Shown piece after piece: positions 1 to 10,849 of a DNA stretch of 57,294 nucleotides. Position numbers and translations under genes: made by a program. Numbering within the stretch: position 1 is the stretch's first letter; every line of letters begins with the position of its first letter. Below the pieces are notes generated by a model that made no database searches, had not been told where the DNA came from, and was given only the letters and a program-made list of their open reading frames with translations. The DNA is from Octopus bimaculoides (Eukaryota), in the NCBI RefSeq assembly GCF_001194135.2, contig NC_068982.1, forward strand, positions 151,345,501 through 151,402,794, read 5' to 3'.

Positions 1-89
<89 letters not shown>

Positions 90-90
90 T
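1..90. repeat. (AC)n microsatellite
   Basis: Near-perfect AC dinucleotide run. Confidence 0.98.
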
Positions 91-264
91 AATAACAATA
101 ATCCTTGGATGGAATTTATAAACATATAATGCATCGCTACGCGCGTTTCCAAAAGTCACATGTCTGTTAAGAACACATGATTTTAAGAGGCATGTGATTT
201 GTGGAAAGGCGCGTCGCGATGCATTACATGTTTATAGATTCCATCCAAGGATTATTGCTATTAT
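89..264. repeat. Long inverted repeat (hairpin): 77-bp arms, 22-nt spacer
   Basis: 89-165 is the reverse complement of 188-264 with 8 mismatches by manual alignment. Confidence 0.93.
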
Positions 265-377
265 TATATTTATCCTACATTATATCGGTACAGCTCGATG
301 CAACCCCGACAGACCGGTTCATCAGCCAGCATCACTAGATTGTGGTCGCCATAATAGAATAGAAGCGTTATTTGCAT

Positions 378-1307
378 CCCTCCCTTTCTTCTTCCTTGCT
401 CGCCAGTGTGACCCCACTGTCTGGCATTCGCCATGATAAATCGCTAGCCAATAAACCTTTTTCTATTTTCTCTCCCTGTTTATTTCTGTGTTCCTTTTTG
501 TCGAAGAGCGTAGGCTCGAAACGTAAAAGACTTTCTCACTTCCCGAGCGTTAAACTAATACATCTGCTTGTTGTTTACACACCCGTCTTCGTCTTTTGTT
601 TTATTTTATTTTTTTTTGCAAATTCTCACTATATATTACACGCTCACGTGGTCGCAACAGTTTTATCCTGTCTCCACTTCCACTTCGAACTTTTCTTGGA
701 CTATTCTACCTGGATTCTCTACCTGGACTTTCTTCTACTCTCCTACACCTGAACTCCTACACTTCGGCTGCACTTCGGCTGCACTTCGGCTGCACTTCGG
801 CTGCCCTTCGGCTGCACTTCGACTGCACTTCAGCTGCACTTCGGCTGCACTTCGGCTGCACTTCGGCTGCACTTCGGCTGCACTTCGGCTGCACTTCGAC
901 TGCACTTCGACTGCACTCCGGCTGCACTTCTGCTGCCCATGGATTACACTGGACTCTTCCTTTGATGAGAAATCGCTCCAATACAGCACGACGTTTGAAC
1001 CTTTTGAACTTTTCTAAACTTTTTTGTACGTTCTGCTTTTTCATATTGTTGTTTCTCTCAATCCGCACTTGTTACCTTGACCTCTCTCTCCCTCTCTTTC
1101 TTCTTCTTAGCTCTCCTGTGTGCTCCCTCTGTCCGGCATTCGCCATGATAGATCGCTAGCCACTAAACCTTTTACTATTTTCTCTCCCTGTTTATTTCTG
1201 TGTTTCTTTCTGTCGAAGAGCGTAGGCTGGAAACGTAAAAGACTTTCTCACTTCCCGAGCATTAAACTAATACATCTGTTTGTTGTTTACGCACCTGTCT
1301 TCGTCTT
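378..1307 (+). mobile_element. Non-coding element bounded by ~218-bp direct repeats (Penelope pLTR-like or retrozyme-like)
   Basis: 378-595 and 1090-1307 align at a constant 712-bp offset. Both contain a GAAGAGCGTAGGCT(C/G)GAAACGTAAAAGAC motif. The interior has no credible ORF. Confidence 0.7.
760..935. repeat. 11-bp minisatellite (CACTTCGGCTG) x16
   Basis: 16 consecutive units counted from 760 to 935, some with single substitutions. Confidence 0.97.
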
Positions 1308-1325
1308 CAATTTTTTTATAAATTC

Positions 1326-1358
<33 letters not shown>

Positions 1359-1493
1359 ATAAGAAATAATTAAGATTCAGTTGAATTAGGTACTTAAGTT
1401 GAGGCACCAAGTCGGTCTGGTATGGTCCGCACAGCTCGAAGTTAGGTGAATAAAAAGCCCCAAAACATCCTTGTTACTTATTTGCTCTCTCTC

Positions 1494-2120
1494 TATATAT
1501 ATAAATTCATAAGAGTGGTACAACAAGGCACCGATATTTACTGGACAATAGCAATCGATATAAATACGACGCTATTGTATAGCTTCACTGCTTATATACT
1601 GGCAAAAATGCGCGTGTGCAACAAACATGAAAAACTTGTCTTACCTTAGGAAGAACATTCGAAAATGGACAACCCAGATTAAGGATAATGCAGTACCCAG
1701 GTTTCAGACTCTTCAAATACGTTTCACAACGTAAATCTGATTAGTCCTCATCAGCTGCACTTACCAAGACAATATTTCAAATGTTGCCATATCAATGCCA
1801 AGTATACTCGCCGAACGCCCAGCCGTTAACAGAACTGCGAACAGTGAAGAAGTTATCAATGAAAAATATTTCAATACAAATGTATTAATACAAATGTATT
1901 CATTTCCAGCAAAAAATAGCCCTATAAGGGTATATATATAAATTCATAAGAGTGGTACAACAAGGCACCAATATTTACTGGACAATAGCAATCGATATAA
2001 ATACGACGCTATTGTATAGCTTCACTGCGTATATACTGGCAAAAATGAGTGTGTGCAACAAACATGAAAAACTTGTCTTACCTTAGGAAGAACATTCGAA
2101 AATGGACAACCCAGATTAAG
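1494..2120. repeat. 190-bp direct repeat pair (1494-1683 and 1931-2120)
   Basis: The copies differ at about 3 positions; period 437 bp. Confidence 0.93.
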
Positions 2121-3289
2121 ACGCGCACAAATACATACCAAATTGAGGAAGAAATAGAGGAAGTAGAATGTAAGCTACAAATGTTTCTTAACCAAGTTTT
2201 ACTTATCAAGCAAGTGTTACGCAATAAACTCTTCTCAGCGTAGATAATCATCAGGCTGTGATTACCTTAAAGACGTTTACATGCCCCGCAGAATCCCTAA
2301 CTCAACCACAATACAATGGTGAGTCCGACTGAATATAAAGTCAATAGAAATAATAAATAAAATAAAATACAAAAAAATAAAGTTTAGAGAACTAATGAGC
2401 GTTTTAGCATTAGGTGAGATCCAAAACATGAAACCAACTGCTTTAACATATTCGTATCACCAACGGAACTCAAATATTTACATTGATTCAGCTGCTATAT
2501 CTTTGGCAGAATGTGTTTCTACTAGAATTTAGAGGTTAGAAGAGGTTATAGTGGGGGGGGGGGTAATTGAGAGTAGTGACCTAGTTACCTACACTTCGAA
2601 GACAATAGGGAAATGTAGACTTCAATCATCCAAAATTAAATCTTTTGGGAGTTGTAGCAGTATTCTAGATAAAAGTGATAAATTAATTAATATCATGACA
2701 ACCTACTAGACTAAGCACTGGAACCTTATATCCGGTTTCGTCTACACCAAAGGTTAAGACTTGGGGTGGTAAAAAAGGCGGAATGCCTGATGGGGAAGTG
2801 GTGATAGCTGGAAGAAAGAAGGATAGGAAGAGTTAATAATACTTATTTTGATTATCATCTTAAAGGGGAAGGTAATAAAAAACTAAAGGAATAAGTATTA
2901 GAAATTAGGGGTGGAAGATAAGTTCAGAGAATAAGGTAAGGAGCACATTGTAACTTAGCATATTTATAATTTCAAAGCAAAATATAATTAAATATATAGA
3001 TGAAGGCTAGAAGTTACACTTAAAATTTTAATAAGGAGATACTTTAAGATATAAGTGAAATATTAATAATTTCAATAATGAGACCATGATATTCCTAATG
3101 TGTGCTGAAATTGTTAAACATCGACAAAGGTTCAAAATTAACAATTTTATTGCATTTGAAAAGTAGTTGCTATAATTAAGAATTAATCATTCAATATGAT
3201 ATTTGTTTGGTATATACATAGCTGAATATTGTGAATGTGAATTCTCTTCAGCCTTGACAAATATAATAAATTTCTTTGGAATGTGATGG

Positions 3290-4814
3290 TATTTACTTGT
3301 GCTGATGGCAGTGTCTAAGCTCTTAGCAACCGTTCCAATGATAGCGTCTTCTCCAAGTGCTTGTGGGCAGCTACAGAGTTGTTCTAAGGATCCTATCTCA
3401 GAATAGCATGATCAGGATGGTATTTCGTTCTTTTTCCAGATGTGAACGTTAGCAGAGCTTGGCTAGTACACAGACTGGAAGAGAAACATGGGACAACGAA
3501 AATCCGTTATTTTAAGTTACGCTAAACTCTGCATACACTCTAAGCCTGTCTATGCTCATTATTGTTGGAGCTTCAGAATTCTAGTACCTCGCTCTTCTAC
3601 CCCTCCTCGAAAATCCTCCTAAATCAGAGAATGTCTCTCATTGAACCGAAACTTGCCAACATGTGTATGGGTGAGGCACCCGAAGCCACTACTCTACCAG
3701 TTGTCAAACTGTCCTCCAGTTTCTTTTGCTGTAGACGTAACTAACCTCCACTTAATCCTTAGTTTCACCTTGATGCCAACTGATGACATTTTCTGGTCAT
3801 AGGAGTCCTTATACATTAGGACTTCTCTTGCTCGTATTACCTCAAAGTCTATTGTTAATGAAAACGTGTAAAGCAGCAGAGACCGTACAACAACGGATAG
3901 GACAGAAAGTAGATAAAACTAGTGCTTCATCTACCAGGCACCTGGATTATTGAAATTGCCGGACCAGTCATCCAGGGATTTCTTGAATTTTATAATTGCT
4001 GTAGAGTGTAAAGTTGAGGCAAGGTGCTTTTCCAAATTTTTTACTGGTTGTTCTGTAATTGGGAGTATGGCAATTCCTGATACGGAAATGGAATTTGTCG
4101 ACCATGGACTTTGACATAGTAGGGTTATAATTCCTCACCGCCTCGGCTGATGTGGCTACCACCGTGCTTAAAGCAAGTGTGAAAAGAATAGAAAAGCTTG
4201 TACCCAATGTGATTTTCAGCCTGAAATTATTTTAGTAATTCAGTATTACGTCTTTGATCTTGCTGGGAACAGAGTAGCGGTGCAATACAAACTCAATCAG
4301 TCAGTGATGATATGAACCCATAGGCATTGGCCAAACTCAGCCACAGTACAACCAAGCCGCCTCTGTTCTCAAAGACTTCACTGATAAGAGGCACGACGCT
4401 ATTAGTGATCTCGAGTAACTGGGAACATCTCTAATAACTGTTTTTCCGGAGAAAAGGTTCGAGAAACAATGTCAAAAGTCACTTCCCTTTCAACCATCAG
4501 CAGTAAAATTGACCGAAGCTGGCGTTCTTTGATGTTTCTTTTCGAGGAATTCACACACCTTCAGTATATTTCCACAGACCAATAACTCTTCTCTTTCATA
4601 ACGTTGCCTTCGAGAACTTCCATAGATGTCTGTGCAGCTCGCTCTTTGCTTGTTCACTAGGCTTTGATCTGAAGCTGAACACATTGCCTTTATGGCCCCT
4701 TCAAATTCTTTCAGACTTGAATTTTTTCAGTATAAAGTTTGTCATCATCGGGGATGAGCTGACGGGAGCTTTATTGAATCGAAGCTCCTGTCCTTTCGTC
4801 AAATCGAACGTGTT
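3290..4814 (-). mobile_element. Hero-clade (RLE-type) non-LTR retrotransposon, decayed RT and downstream region
   Basis: Minus-strand translation across frameshifts: ELHRHLWKF; WKYTEGV*IP; ENRGGLVVLWLSLANAYG; IEFVLHRYSVPSKIKDVILNY; PITEQPVKNLEK; AREVLMYKDSYDQKMSSVGIKVK; GSLEQLCSCPQALGE. The order and wording match Hero-type ORFs as I recall them. Confidence 0.82.
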
Positions 4815-5883
4815 TACGAGGGGTTACCCCAAAGAAACCGGAACTTTACAATATTATTTTATTCACTTAGTTTTAAATGTTTACACTTTTATCGCTTTCA
4901 AAATATTATTCATTTGAAGAAATGAATCGGTTCAGACAAGTTTTCTACTGTTCGAAGCAGTCCTGGAACTCTAGCGGTGCGATACCTTTTAACGCCTCAG
5001 TCTTTATGTTTCCTTCACCTCTTCCACATCTGCAAAACGTTTTCCTTTAAGAATTTTTTTTCACTCAAGGGAACGAAAAAAGTTGTTGGAAGCAAGATCA
5101 ACTTCCGTCTGTTCTTTTAGTTGACGACACGCATTCAGCTTTGATCTTCCGTGAGCAAGCGAAGCACAAATTTTGCTGTAATTCTTTTTATTCGGAATTC
5201 CTCGCTCAAAATTTGTTGGTAGGAGATCCAGAACACACCAGTCATGTCAACAAGTTCGTTAATTGTTCGACGACGGTCCTCCAAGCTCAGTTCATGAATT
5301 TTCGTGATATTTTCATTTGTTCGGATGGTCGACGATCGCCCTGAACGAGGTTAATTTTCTAGCAACAAGACCATTACTAAAGCGTGAAAACCACTCGTAA
5401 ACTTGTTTTGCTCATGGCAGCATCCTTGTAAGCAGTGGCGGACTCGCCAGGTTACCCGCTTACTCGATGGCAAGTGGGCATCTGCGCCATTAGAATCCAT
5501 ATTTGGGGGCCCATATTAATATCTAACGGGCCCATACCCTCAAGTTTGAGAATTTTCTTATTTACTCTTGGAAGAATGCATTAATTATTTAAGTCTGGCT
5601 GTGTTTGTAGACAGTTGAAAAGAAGATTAAGAAAAAAAATTAAATGATAGCATTGTAGTTAACTACTGGCAATCAATATTTTTAGACCCAGTCTGCCACT
5701 GCTTGTAAGCTGTTTGCAGCATAACACTGTTTTGGCCACCGTTTGCCCCAGCAGAAAACAGAATTTCCCAGAAGCACGCTGTACCTTCGTTTCAGCCATC
5801 GCAAAAATTGACAAATAAGAGAGAACCACAACGGGCTCGTCTCACAGAGGACGTTTCCGGTTACTTTTGGGTACTTCCACGTA
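4815..5883 (-). mobile_element. Mariner (Tc1/mariner) transposon, internally deleted, both TIRs present
   Basis: ~28-bp imperfect TIRs (TACGAGGGGTTACCCCAAAGAAACCGGAA at left; TTCCGGTTACTTTTGGGTACTTCCACGTA at right) with terminal TA. N-terminal transposase: MAETKVQRAS..FCFLLG..TAYKDAAMSK..YEWFSRF..PRSGRSST..EDRRRTINEL..AKFVLRLLTEDQ. Confidence 0.92.
5433..5701. mobile_element. hAT-type MITE nested in the mariner
   Basis: TIRs CAGTGGCGGACT / AGTCTGCCACTG. Exact 8-bp TSD CTTGTAAG at 5425-5432 and 5702-5709. Removing it restores the mariner frame TAYKDAAM. Confidence 0.93.
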
Positions 5884-7962
5884 CTATGAACGCAACATCA
5901 GACTTTATACATTAAATAGATAATTGCAATTTTGCTTTGCAACGCAATTTTCTCCAAGTGGGTTCCACATCCTAACTGAATGAAGAAACTTATAGTTATT
6001 GCTTTACTATTATTATTATAATTATCTTATTGCTAAGATATTTCAGTATATTTACATTTGTGTATAATGACTGTAAGTTCTAAAATGATTTAGTTCACTA
6101 GAAAAAAAAAAAGAAAAAAGAGAAAGGAAGATAAAACGCGTAGGAATTCGGATACTAGCGACAAATCTAGCAATTAATTTGTTTTATTCTTTTCATGATG
6201 GGGAATTCAGTTATTGGATTACCAGTAAAACTCGACAACTATCACATTGTAATTGTTTCACATTACTTGTTTCTTTGTATATCATCTCCAACAAATTAAT
6301 CAGATTTAAGAGATAGCAAATGTTAACCTTGTTTCATTTGGTATTCATTTCGTCAAAAGAAACGCAAAAGATAACACTAGTTTCAGAATCAATTTGATGA
6401 AACTTCTGAACCTTGAAGAAATTTTTCTACAATTATTTTAATTAACTAAAATGTGAGGCATGTTTGATCTGAGAACGTGAAGCGTTAGCACATTAAAACA
6501 ACAGTTAAGTATATTAAAATCCCTCATTACATCAAATTAATGAGGACATTAATTATTTTCTGATATTATCTAAGGTAATCATCACCATCTATTTGAGCCA
6601 CACCCCCTTGGTATTAAATGGTACTGCTTAGAATGTTTTATCGCCTAGACGTGTTTGCTGCAGGTAGTTAGTTTTTTTGTTTCCCCTTTTAAAATATTAA
6701 GAAAATATCTATTGTCGTATGATTTGTGTTTGTTTTCATTCTCCGCATTCTGAGTGTCTCTATTTCGATACGTTTTATGCCTAGTGATCATACACGATAT
6801 TAATAGCTGACAGGAGTCAAAGACTTATGTACATCTATTAACTGCCTGAGATTTGTTTACATCTGACAAATTCTATTGACAACAGAATCTGTAGAGCAGA
6901 ATCGGTAGGAGTGACTTGTGGCATTTAGCAACCTCTGGTTACATTCTGAGTTTTTCAAATGCTGCTAGGATTGGTTTTATCTTTCAATCCATCAGGATAA
7001 ATAAAATATGTGCAAATCAAGTAATGCGGGTGATTAAATTTACTCCTGCCCGAACCAGGTGTATGGATCAATGTTCAAAAATTACAACGACTAAATTATC
7101 AAGAGCTTTGCGATATTTTAGAATTAATTCAGGTTGGGTAATGATAGTTTCCCCATAGCTCAGTATGCTACTTGATTATCAATTGAAATGAAAATTCTTG
7201 AGCTTATTTTTATAATGTAGCTACTTTTCATATCAAAGCAGAGACAACTTTCGTTTACATTTCCAAGTGTTCTCAATTATTTACAAGTTCAAATACTTTT
7301 TAATCTGAGTAATTTTTATATAACTTTGTTTTAACTCTATTATGATACAAATATTCTTCATCTTACCTCAGATATCAATTCATTTGACTTAATATAACAA
7401 TGTGCTATGATGAAGTTTAGTATTTGTCATTATCGCGACTGAATATTCAATCAGGCTATTAGAAGTATTTAGTTTTTCAGCAGATATTTTTGTTAAAGAG
7501 ATAGGTAATTGATTTCATTGAAAAGCATATATTCAAATCTTAATTTTGTCATAGAAGAACAAGATACCATGCTCACTCAAGAAAATTCTTTAAAAAGCTG
7601 TGTGATTTTAGAAAACAATAAGTCATTTTTGCAGAAACTTTGAAGAAAGGTAATGTAATTTTTGAGGCAAATTTCTGCTTTGGCAAATCGTAGTAATACA
7701 TCCTAATTGGTTAATTAATCTGCCAGCGTGCTGAAACATTTCTGTAAAAGCTGATAAACGATCTAAAATATTAGATATTCGAAAAAGGAATAGAGAAATG
7801 GAGGAATTGTTCAGTTGAAAAGCAAAAGACAGATCTCCCAATTTATAAATTGAACATACACACACGTGCACACACACACACACACGCACGCACACATTCA
7901 CGTTACATATACATACTTACACGCATAGGTACATACGCACACAACATATGTACGTATGTATG

Positions 7963-8058
7963 TGTCATTGTTCCGTTTTATTTCAAGATTTCTTGCCAAT
8001 AGAGAGAGAGCCGGTTTCTAACCTATATCCAAGGCTCCTTCATTGGAATTTCAACATG
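7963..8058 (+). repeat. Dispersed short repeat; second copy inverted at ~50401-50520
   Basis: GTCATTGTTCCGTTTTATTTCAAGATTTCTTGCCAATAGAGAGAGAGCCGG... aligns to the reverse complement of ~50401-50520; both are flanked by (TATG)n. Confidence 0.75.
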
Positions 8059-8966
8059 TATGTATGTATGTATGTATGTAAATTGCTGCAGAACTCCAGT
8101 AAATATGAACTCGGGATTTTAGCAAAGAGGAAAATCAATGTTGTATACAACATTTTCTGGTTGACTTAGATCTTATTTAAATAATATCCACGGAGTCAAG
8201 ATGCTTATCTATCAACAATATAGTCACATAGTATTTCTATGAAATTTAGCAATTTTGAATATTTTACTAATAAGATTGAGAGAACTAAAACTCAAGTTCA
8301 TTTCTCTTTTGTAGAAGTAAATCTATAAATAGCTAACATTGTGCACATAAAATATATATAACAGCATAGGATGATATAGTGAACAAAGGTAAAGTAACAA
8401 AGGTACAACAAACTCAGATGTACGTGGCAAACGAAACTTCCGTTTTATAAACAAATCAATAATTCATAAAGCGACTTCAAAACAAGCTTTATATATTTAT
8501 CATCACACATTTTTGATACATAATTGAACACTAACTGAAACTTGTTGCACTAATACAATAGTAACGAAAATGGAAAATACTGGTAATATATTGAATAACA
8601 ATTCAGTGTCGTATATGTCACTCGGGCTTTAAATGATTTTAATAATCACATAGCGATGACTCCGAAACGAGAATTTCAAGAAATGTCTAAATTATTATGA
8701 ATGAAATTTTTTCCATGAAATTTTTGATATACCTTGACCCGCTCAATTTTCAAAGTTATTAATATTTCTTGCCGGTCGCGGGACTACGTAGAGACTGTCT
8801 CAGACCCTGCACATTTCAGTTGCTGTGATGTAATATATCATTATTTCTATCAGATCGAGGAACTACGTAGAAACTGTCTCTTTAGCTTGCTGTCATAAAT
8901 CATATGCAAATAGGTGTAGGGACTGTAAATATGTAATAACGATATTGTTTGCTGTGATAAATGAAG

Positions 8967-8967
<1 letters not shown>

Positions 8968-9049
<82 letters not shown>
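8968..9049. repeat. (TCTA)n microsatellite
   Basis: Perfect tetranucleotide run. Confidence 0.97.
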
Positions 9050-9050
<1 letters not shown>

Positions 9051-9335
9051 GTAGGTATGATGCTTTTGCTTTGTTTATTGATATGTGTGTTGTGATAAAT
9101 ATAAGTAGATGGCTAGAAGATAGTTAGTAGATTGTCTGAATGTGCTTGTGATAGCCAGGTGAGCAAAATCCCGTTGTAGGATGTAGTTAGTGTTTTAATG
9201 TAGCTCCTTTAGGATGTAGAGTGTGTTTAGTTGAGACTGCGATATGTTACTTTTGTGTTATCAGCATTGTCTCTACACAGAGTATTTTATACATACATAC
9301 TTACATATATATATATATATATATTTAAAGAGTTT

Positions 9336-9388
<53 letters not shown>

Positions 9389-9442
9389 NNNNNNNNNNNN
9401 NNNNNNNNNNNNNNNNNNNNNNNNNNNNNNNNNNNNNNNNNN

Positions 9443-9490
<48 letters not shown>

Positions 9491-9640
9491 ACAGATGATA
9501 TCCAGAGATACTCAGTATAGAAGACACTTAGTAGGGCTCAAATGATTGAAACTTAGGCTCTAATGTCTTTACAGGGGATCGATTCCGCGAGCTAGCGAAT
9601 ATAATCATAAGACGGATCAAGTTTAGCAAAGATGGGGAAG

Positions 9641-10262
9641 ATTATGCAGATTAAATATTTTAAATTAAATATATCAAATATAACAATTTGGGTATGAAAC
9701 TTAAAATATGTATATATGCAAAACGAAAGAAAGCAAAGGATGTAGGCTTTGAGACGAATCAGTATCCTCATTATTAACCCCCACTCTTCCTGAACTAGCC
9801 CTCTTACCATTGTCTTAACATTCCTCCATTACCTCACCAACCCTCCTACTTCCCCCCTTCAATACAGCTGGCTCTCCACATTTAATCATTCCATCTTTGA
9901 ATTTCTCTGCATTGGGATCTGAAGTGTAAGATCTTCTCTACCCTGATAACGGTGGCACGTCTTATCCAATGTTGACTGCATCCATTATGACCGCATATTG
10001 TGATGAACTACATCTATCAACATTATCATGGATCTCCGAGCACCTCAAAACAGCTGTTGGACCTATAACACCTTATTTCCATCCCTTTGATTTTTTCTGT
10101 CGTTTGTACTTCGTTTAAGTAGGATTTATCAATATAAATATCTATATATTAAAAACTCCACCTTTTGCTTTCTCTAATTTTGCGTTTATACTTATATACA
10201 TATTTTGTATTTCATACCCAAGCTGTTATATTTAATATATTTAATTTGTTTATCCGCATAAT
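9641..10262. repeat. Spaced inverted repeat: ~100-bp arms (9641-9742 and 10159-10262)
   Basis: The arms are roughly 80% reverse-complementary. This is also visible in the ORF track as similar peptides on opposite strands (YTYFKFHTQIVIFDIFNL and YTYFVFHTQAVIFNIFNL). Confidence 0.8.
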
Positions 10263-10282
10263 TGCCTTTCTATGTATGTATG

Positions 10283-10348
<66 letters not shown>

Positions 10349-10386
10349 TGTATGTATATCGGGTCGCTCTTATGTGCTACATGTAA

Positions 10387-10439
10387 CATGTAACCCAGTA
10401 CAAACTGTTGCATGATGGGGTCGTCGGCGACTAAACTGG
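10387..10439 (+). ncRNA. Degenerate HDV-like ribozyme fold, probably the RTE 5' end
   Basis: Helices occur in HDV order: P1 CATGTA/TGCATG, P2 CCAGT/ACTGG, P3 ACA/TGT, GG, P4 GTCG-TCGG-CGAC, J4/2 CTAA. L3 is only AAC and lacks the CC needed for P1.1. Confidence 0.4.
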
Positions 10440-10849
10440 CAACTCCACCAGGCTTACTTGATGAGGAATGTGACCGTTGGACACCCTGAGGGATAAAAAA
10501 CAAGACCCGTCGAAGAGCGGAAGAACTCACAAGAGTCAACGGCCATCCAATAAAGTATGTAAAGTTGTGTGGGTTTATTTTTGCGTTGTGTGTGTGTGTG
10601 TGTGTATTTTTTTTAATGAATTTTAATGAATAATTTTATGCGTATTATGTGCATGGCAATTTTTTTTGTATATATGTATATATTTTTAATATTTTTATTT
10701 GCATTATGGATATATGTATTTATATTTTTTATCTTGTTCAGTGTGTATGATGGTGTGTATTCATTATTACTAACTTTGCGGCTGTTAATGTGTGTCTATG
10801 TGTGCGTTGGTGTGAGTGCATGTGAAATCCCTACGATGGGCGGATAGTA

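Noticed and set aside
760-935. Possible CRISPR array
   Set aside because: The units are contiguous with no unique spacers, there are no cas genes, and the context is eukaryotic.
568-1159. Four overlapping ORFs with periodic peptides (CTSAALRLHFG, AAEVQPKCSRS)
   Set aside because: They arise because the 11-bp repeat has no stop codon in any frame; they are open on both strands with no domain similarity.
2300-3200. Possible Penelope RT remnant
   Set aside because: I could not recover any diagnostic peptide motif on either strand.
7030-7137. Resemblance to dynein heavy-chain AAA1 (GVWINVQKLQRL)
   Set aside because: Only a few residues match, and an overlapping frame gives an equally weak match, so it is likely noise.
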